Below the pieces are notes generated by a model. The model was given only the letters and a program-made list of their open reading frames with translations. It did no database searches and had not been told where the DNA came from. Below are positions 29,199 to 33,161 of a stretch of DNA of 33,161 nucleotides, one piece after another. Position 1 is the stretch's first letter; each line of letters starts with the position of its first letter. The translations under genes and the position numbers were made by a program. The stretch is from Patescibacteria group bacterium (lineage in GTDB: Bacteria > Patescibacteriota > Minisyncoccia > Phycocordibacterales > Zambryskibacteraceae), in the NCBI GenBank assembly GCA_038058745.1, contig JBBUAI010000011.1, forward strand, positions 1 to 33,161, written 5' to 3'.

Positions 29199-29401
29199 TG
29201 GATCAGGATATCCATAAAAAATTTTCTGGCCACTTATGCAGTAAATGCGGCGGCCCTGCTCCGGGGTGGAAATGTCCGGCTTGTGGCGTGACAGCAACAG
29301 CTTTCGATTCCTCTCACGCGCTTACCTGCCTAGCCAAAGGTAGTATAGAAGCTCAATGCCAGAAATGTGGCCAGGCTGAATCAAGATGCACGTGTGTTTA
29401 A
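29198..29401 (+). CDS. Small Cys-rich (zinc-binding) protein
   Basis: CSKC, CPAC, H...C, CQKC, CTC; TAATG coupling to the upstream gene. Confidence 0.7.
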   Translation: MDQDIHKKFSGHLCSKCGGPAPGWKCPACGVTATAFDSSHALTCLAKGSIEAQCQKCGQAESRCTCV

Positions 29402-29410
29402 ATTTATCCT

Positions 29411-29689
29411 ATGGTCTTACTATATTTAATAATCGGAGCGGTGGTTGGATATGCACTTGGTTTTATGAGGGGTGTCAAAACATGTGCGGAATCTGAGGTG
29501 AATAGAGAACGCAATGAAAAGATCATGGAACTTTTTGAAGGAAAAGATTCCATTAACAATGATGATATTCAGAAATTGTTGGGGGTATCGGACGCTAGCG
29601 CAACTAGATACCTAGACGAACTAGAAAAGGAAGGAAAAGTTAAACAAGTAGGTAAAACTGGCAAGCATGTGTATTACGAAAAAGCTTAA
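29411..29689 (+). CDS. Membrane-anchored winged-HTH protein (DeoR-like HTH / DUF977-like)
   Basis: N-terminal TM; INNDDIQKLLGVSDASATRYLDELEKEGK. Confidence 0.8.
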   Translation: MVLLYLIIGAVVGYALGFMRGVKTCAESEVNRERNEKIMELFEGKDSINNDDIQKLLGVSDASATRYLDELEKEGKVKQVGKTGKHVYYEKA

Positions 29690-30180
29690 TGACAGAAGAA
29701 ACAGCACAGCCAAGCGTGGTAAGTGAGCCAGTAGTTGAACCCGCACCTATTCCCGAGCCAGTTGCTGTAGAACCAGTACCTGAACCTCAACCTACCGAAC
29801 CAACTCCAACGGCTCAACCCGTTGAGCCGTTGGAGCCTGAGCCTATTTCTGAACCAGAGCCCATCCCCGAACCCACTCCTGAGCCTGTTTCTGTAAATCC
29901 TGAACCTCTGCCGGTTATCCTTTCTGGGCCACTCATAACAAAACAAGACAGCCGATCACTCCTCGCAAAAGCCAGAGACATAATTCAGTTCCGAAAGCGT
30001 AAGAAACTTGAGAAGATAATGAACTTGTTCCTGAAAAAGCAGAGTATCACTAACGATGAAGTAGAGAAACTTCTGCATATCTCTGATGCCACAGCTACCA
30101 GATATCTGGACCAACTGGAACGTGAAGGAAAGATACAGAAACAAGGAAATGGTAAGTATGTGTCGTATGTAAGAATCTAA
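29689..30180 (+). CDS. Pro/Glu-rich low-complexity protein with C-terminal winged-HTH (paralog of the upstream gene)
   Basis: EP repeats, then ITNDEVEKLLHISDATATRYLDQLEREGK; TAATG coupling. Confidence 0.8.
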   Translation: MTEETAQPSVVSEPVVEPAPIPEPVAVEPVPEPQPTEPTPTAQPVEPLEPEPISEPEPIPEPTPEPVSVNPEPLPVILSGPLITKQDSRSLLAKARDIIQFRKRKKLEKIMNLFLKKQSITNDEVEKLLHISDATATRYLDQLEREGKIQKQGNGKYVSYVRI

Positions 30181-30187
30181 GGGAGTA

Positions 30188-30915
30188 AGCTCACTGACCT
30201 AACGACTAAGTGAGCTAGTGCGCGCACGGGTGGCGTGGGGCAAGCACAAGAGTAATGAGCTCGGGCTGTTTCCGCTAGGGCGTCTGGACTACACGAACGC
30301 CGACGTTAAACGAAGTTTCTGTAAGTAATAGCGAAAGCTACACCCTGCAAGTATAATGTAAACAAGGAGAGGGGTTGTGCGAGGGTGGACTCCGAAGGCA
30401 CGCAATACAAGCCACTTTCTCTAAGAAAAGATAAAGATTAGACAGCACTATAAACTCCAAACCACCTCTGCGAGGAGGAGACCGAAGCTGGGGAGAGGAA
30501 CCTCTCCTCTCCCCAAAGAGAAGCGGGTAGGGCTTGCGGCTCATTTACCCGGTATTTGAGCCGCAAGCTAAACTACCCGCACATAGGCATCTAGGCGCTC
30601 GTAGGCCATAGCGGAAACAGCCCGAGGCGGATGCCGAGTGGTGCACCCGTAGTCCTGACTTAAAGCCAGACCGAGCACAATGCATATTGCCTTCCTAGCC
30701 GAGCCCCATCGCTCATACTTCTGAAAAAATCCAACCCCCGCCAACTCTAAAAAGAATGGAAGCGATGGGGCGAGACAAGCCCAGCGCCGAAGGCGCTGGG
30801 CGAAAGTTAGCACATTAGTGGAGCGTAGTAGGAGGTCTAAAGTTAAAAGGAATACGAAGCGTGCACCTTAACCTTGAGACTGGAAATAAGTTCGAGCAAA
30901 GATGATAATATGGTC
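30188..30915 (+). ncRNA. Candidate large structured RNA 1 (about 700 nt; family unknown; boundaries approximate)
   Basis: No credible ORF. Perfect 18-bp long-range helix 30260-30277/30609-30626, continued by 30278-30287/30591-30600 with G-U pairs valid on +. Several internal hairpins and GNRA loops. Confidence 0.6.
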
Positions 30916-30919
30916 ACAG

Positions 30920-30951
30920 TTATCAACAAATTATGCACAGAATTATCCAGA
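30920..30951 (+). promoter_or_regulatory. Three tandem DnaA-box-like 9-mers
   Basis: TTATCAACA (30920), TTATGCACA (30931), TTATCCAGA (30943); each is one mismatch from TTATCCACA. Confidence 0.55.
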
Positions 30952-30959
30952 TAATCAAG

Positions 30960-30988
30960 TTGACAGCTAAAAGGACTTTTGATAACCT
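30960..30988 (+). promoter_or_regulatory. Sigma70 promoter for RNA 2
   Basis: TTGACA (30960-30965), 17 bp spacer, TAACCT (30983-30988) preceded by TGn. Confidence 0.75.
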
Positions 30989-30995
30989 CTTAGGC

Positions 30996-31368
30996 AGATC
31001 AGGGCGCTAAAAGCTGTTTGGATAGGAGTGAGTGGAGCAACTCACTTTCTGGACCTCTTCGAAAGGGGAGGCCTAACAATGGCAAACAGTAATATGTGCC
31101 TGTCGACTCCGGTGTCGTGTATCGGCAAGGTGTGCGGGTAAAACTGCACTCTGGCCGAAGCAGGCCCGGGTTGTCGAGGTCTCGTCTCAGGACTCCGAAT
31201 ACGATCTCCAGTCGTAGATGGAAATGGGATACCGTAACGCAGAGATGTGTTCCGGGGCAAGGTCAGGGGGCAGGTGGAAATCCTGCGGGTTGATCCAAAG
31301 TGATCTAATGCCGTTGGCGTAACAGCTGACGAAACAAAAATCACGGTGGAGAAACCCACCCCTGGTCT
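30996..31368 (+). ncRNA. Candidate large structured RNA 2 (about 373 nt; family unknown)
   Basis: Starts at the expected TSS. 5' AGATCAGGG pairs with 3' CCCTGGTCT; nested hairpins throughout; terminator follows. Confidence 0.72.
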
Positions 31369-31394
31369 TAGCGAAGCTCTTTATGCAAACCCTC

Positions 31395-31425
31395 GGCCAC
31401 TTCCGGTCGGGTGGTTTTTTGTTTT
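31395..31425 (+). terminator. Intrinsic terminator after RNA 2
   Basis: GGCCACTT-CCGGTC-GGGTGGTT followed by TTTTGTTTT. Confidence 0.7.
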
Positions 31426-31436
31426 ATAGTATCTAT

Positions 31437-31691
31437 ATGTTAACTTTCAAAGAAAAAGTCTACGCAGTAGTAAGGAAAATTCCGAAGGGGAAAGTTTTGA
31501 CGTATCAAGAATTAGCGAGAAGGGCAGGGAAGCCGAAGGCGTATCGGGCAGTGGGTAATATTTTAAATAAAAATTTCGATCCCAAGATTCCCTGCCACCG
31601 CGTCATCCGTTCGGATGGCAAGCTCGGTGGTTACAATAGAGGAGAGAAGGCGAAGCTTTCAAAATTAAAAGCGGAAGGGTACCTGAAATAG
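31437..31691 (+). CDS. Minimal O6-methylguanine-DNA methyltransferase (MGMT C-terminal domain only)
   Basis: IPKGKVLTY..LA, RAVG, IPCHRV active site, GGY. TATAGT lies 6 nt before the ATG. Confidence 0.9.
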   Translation: MLTFKEKVYAVVRKIPKGKVLTYQELARRAGKPKAYRAVGNILNKNFDPKIPCHRVIRSDGKLGGYNRGEKAKLSKLKAEGYLK

Positions 31692-31695
31692 TTTA

Positions 31696-31723
31696 AGGGC
31701 GGGCCACAGTAGTGGCCCGCCCT
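31696..31723. terminator. Perfect 12-bp GC-rich hairpin (likely terminator)
   Basis: AGGGCGGGCCAC-AGTA-GTGGCCCGCCCT. Confidence 0.65.
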
Positions 31724-31852
31724 CTTCACCTTCTACTCCTCGAACCTTGGCTCGGTACGCCAGTTCTCTTTCTCTGCGAGTACATCCAGGCGCTCCTGGA
31801 CACCCGCTCCTGCTGCGCAATTACTGAACGCCGCTCGAACCTTTTTTGCCTA

Positions 31853-32091
31853 CCCGTCCGAAGCTCTTGAGCGAAGGCGGGAACGCAATCCCGAATGATG
31901 CCGCGCCTGCCTGCCCGCCAAAGCCTTGGCGATGGAGGGCGGCGCGGTAGAAACCAAACCGCTCCGCCGCCGTTGAAACTTTGGCGGACAAGTCGGGCGG
32001 AGCGGGAAGGAAAGGGAGTTTGGGGGGAAGGAATTTTTGCCCGCCCTCGCTTTCCGCCGCCGCCGAATTTCGTGCCAACGAAGTTGGCGCA
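31853..32091. repeat. Cluster of REP-like GC-rich imperfect palindromes
   Basis: CCCGTC-CGAAGCTCTTGAGCGAA-GGCGGG, CGCCAA-AGCC-TTGGCG, CCGCCG-TTGAAACT-TTGGCGG, GTGCCAAC-GAA-GTTGGCGC. Confidence 0.6.
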
Positions 32092-32162
32092 CCACAGAAG
32101 TTATTGATGTTTCTAAATTCTAACCTTTATGGTATCATTAAAGCAACATTTAATCAAAAATT

Positions 32163-32993
32163 ATGGAACAAAATTTTGACCCAACTTTACAGCCAAATTT
32201 ACCCGAAACTCCAATGCAACGAGATCCAATAATTAATAAGGGGCTAATTATTGCTTTGGTCATTACCGTCGTTTTAGTTGGTGGGTATTTCGTTTTAGCA
32301 AAATATCAATCATGGTGGCCGTTTACTGATGCCGCATTCTCTGCGTGTAGTAAGTTTTCTGATCCACTGGAAAGAAGTCATTGTTACACCGATCTATCAA
32401 TAAAATCTAATAACTCTGACTTGTGCAAGAAAATAGACGGAAACAAAGATGGTTGTTATAGATCTGTCGGAGAAGCACTAAAAGATATATCTGTTTGCAA
32501 TAAAATTCAGGGTAGTAGGGCGAAAGAATATTGCATATTACATGTAAGTGGTTCTGGGGGATTAGTTCCCGAAACAGCGGTAAAAAAAGGCAATTGTGCC
32601 AACCCCGATATAGAAGCACAGGATTATTGTTACGCCGATGACGCTTTTACTTTTGAAGATCCTACTCTTTGTGAAAAAGTACAAGATCCCGCGAAAAAAG
32701 ATGATTGCTACGCTCCAATGACTGTGGCACTTGCCTCAAATATAGAAAATACATGCGGCAAGATTCAAGATATAGAGAAAAAGGAAAGGTGCTACGGGGG
32801 TGTTGCTCAAGCAAAAAGAGATTTCAAAATTTGTGACATGATTAATAATGAGGGAGTAAAGAATGAGTGCTACAGGAGTGTTAGTTATGAGATTGGATAT
32901 CGAGAAGGTATTTCTAAATGCAGTAATGTCCAAAATCAAAATCTAAAAGATATTTGCTCTAACGCAGCTAAAGACCGAGAAGCAAATCCATGA
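32163..32993 (+). CDS. Membrane-anchored extracellular Cys-rich repeat protein
   Basis: Single TM, then about eight ~25-aa units of C..I/V.......CY. Confidence 0.8.
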   Translation: MEQNFDPTLQPNLPETPMQRDPIINKGLIIALVITVVLVGGYFVLAKYQSWWPFTDAAFSACSKFSDPLERSHCYTDLSIKSNNSDLCKKIDGNKDGCYRSVGEALKDISVCNKIQGSRAKEYCILHVSGSGGLVPETAVKKGNCANPDIEAQDYCYADDAFTFEDPTLCEKVQDPAKKDDCYAPMTVALASNIENTCGKIQDIEKKERCYGGVAQAKRDFKICDMINNEGVKNECYRSVSYEIGYREGISKCSNVQNQNLKDICSNAAKDREANP

Positions 32994-33054
32994 CCACATT
33001 ATAGAAAATTTAAATTTTAGAGTTGGGTTAAGCAACTCTTACAGACGGATTCGG

Positions 33055-33105
33055 AGACAAAAATCCGTCGGTGTGCTTAACCCACATCGGCGGATTTTTG
33101 TCTTT
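33055..33105 (+). terminator. Long 21-bp hairpin, terminator-like
   Basis: AGACAAAAATCCGTCGGTGTG-CTTAACC-CACATCGGCGGATTTTTGTCT, with two G-U pairs valid on +. Confidence 0.6.
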
Positions 33106-33161
33106 ATGATTATCATTAAAAGAAATTTAGGGAGTAAAATTGTTGTGTGCGCACGGGTGGG

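Noticed and set aside
29689-29910. CRISPR or tandem DNA array
   Set aside because: The repetition is from Pro/Glu codons; there is no constant repeat-spacer structure anywhere in the window.
30282-30659. Group I intron P7 (GACUA/UAGUC)
   Set aside because: The bulged nucleotide of the G-binding site is missing, no P3-P6 core could be placed, and no interrupted host gene is evident.
31122-31158. Group II intron domain V look-alike (GTGTGCGGGTAAAACTGCAC)
   Set aside because: No AGC/CGC triad at the correct spacing and no domain VI following.
30338-31359. Short ORFs in the structured block (30338-30544, 30568-30813, 31042-31359, 31096-31293)
   Set aside because: No recognisable domains, atypical composition, and they overlap strong RNA helices.
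30996-31368. RNase P RNA, tmRNA or SRP RNA identity for RNA 2
   Set aside because: No GAGGAAAGUCC or ACAGAA...GGCUUA; no GGGG 5' end, UUCGA T-loop or Ala-ending tag ORF; no SRP GGAA/AGCAG domain IV.
31821-32232. Several overlapping ORFs in the GC-rich palindrome cluster
   Set aside because: Stop-poor repeat DNA with no protein-like features.

Overview
This looks like a chromosomal window from a reduced-genome bacterium, most likely Patescibacteria/CPR (Parcubacteria-like). That placement is inferred from the split transketolase, short RF1 and EF-Ts, a four-gene dcw cluster, tRNAs without encoded CCA, and leaderless starts. The genetic code is standard, with TGA used as a stop. Bases 1-9.5 kb hold a class Ic (Mn/Fe-type) RNR beta subunit and a central-carbon cluster (gap, rpiB, rpe, split tkt, PfkB kinase, fba, FAD oxidoreductase) with an inserted fatty-acid desaturase. 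Bases 9.5-23.8 kb hold translation, replication and division genes, including a single-chain mitochondrial-type PheRS and a two-gene cassette flanked by a duplicated gyrB 3' end. Bases 23.8-33 kb, downstream of tRNA-Glu, are accessory: a TrwB/VirB4-like ATPase, a TGA-interrupted gene, and a four-gene operon ending in two wHTH proteins. The best candidate for an undescribed system is about 1.2 kb of highly structured non-coding DNA at 30.2-31.4 kb. It appears to contain two large RNAs, the second with its own near-consensus promoter, upstream DnaA-box-like array, closing stem and terminator. All pairings were read by eye; no folding or database search was run.
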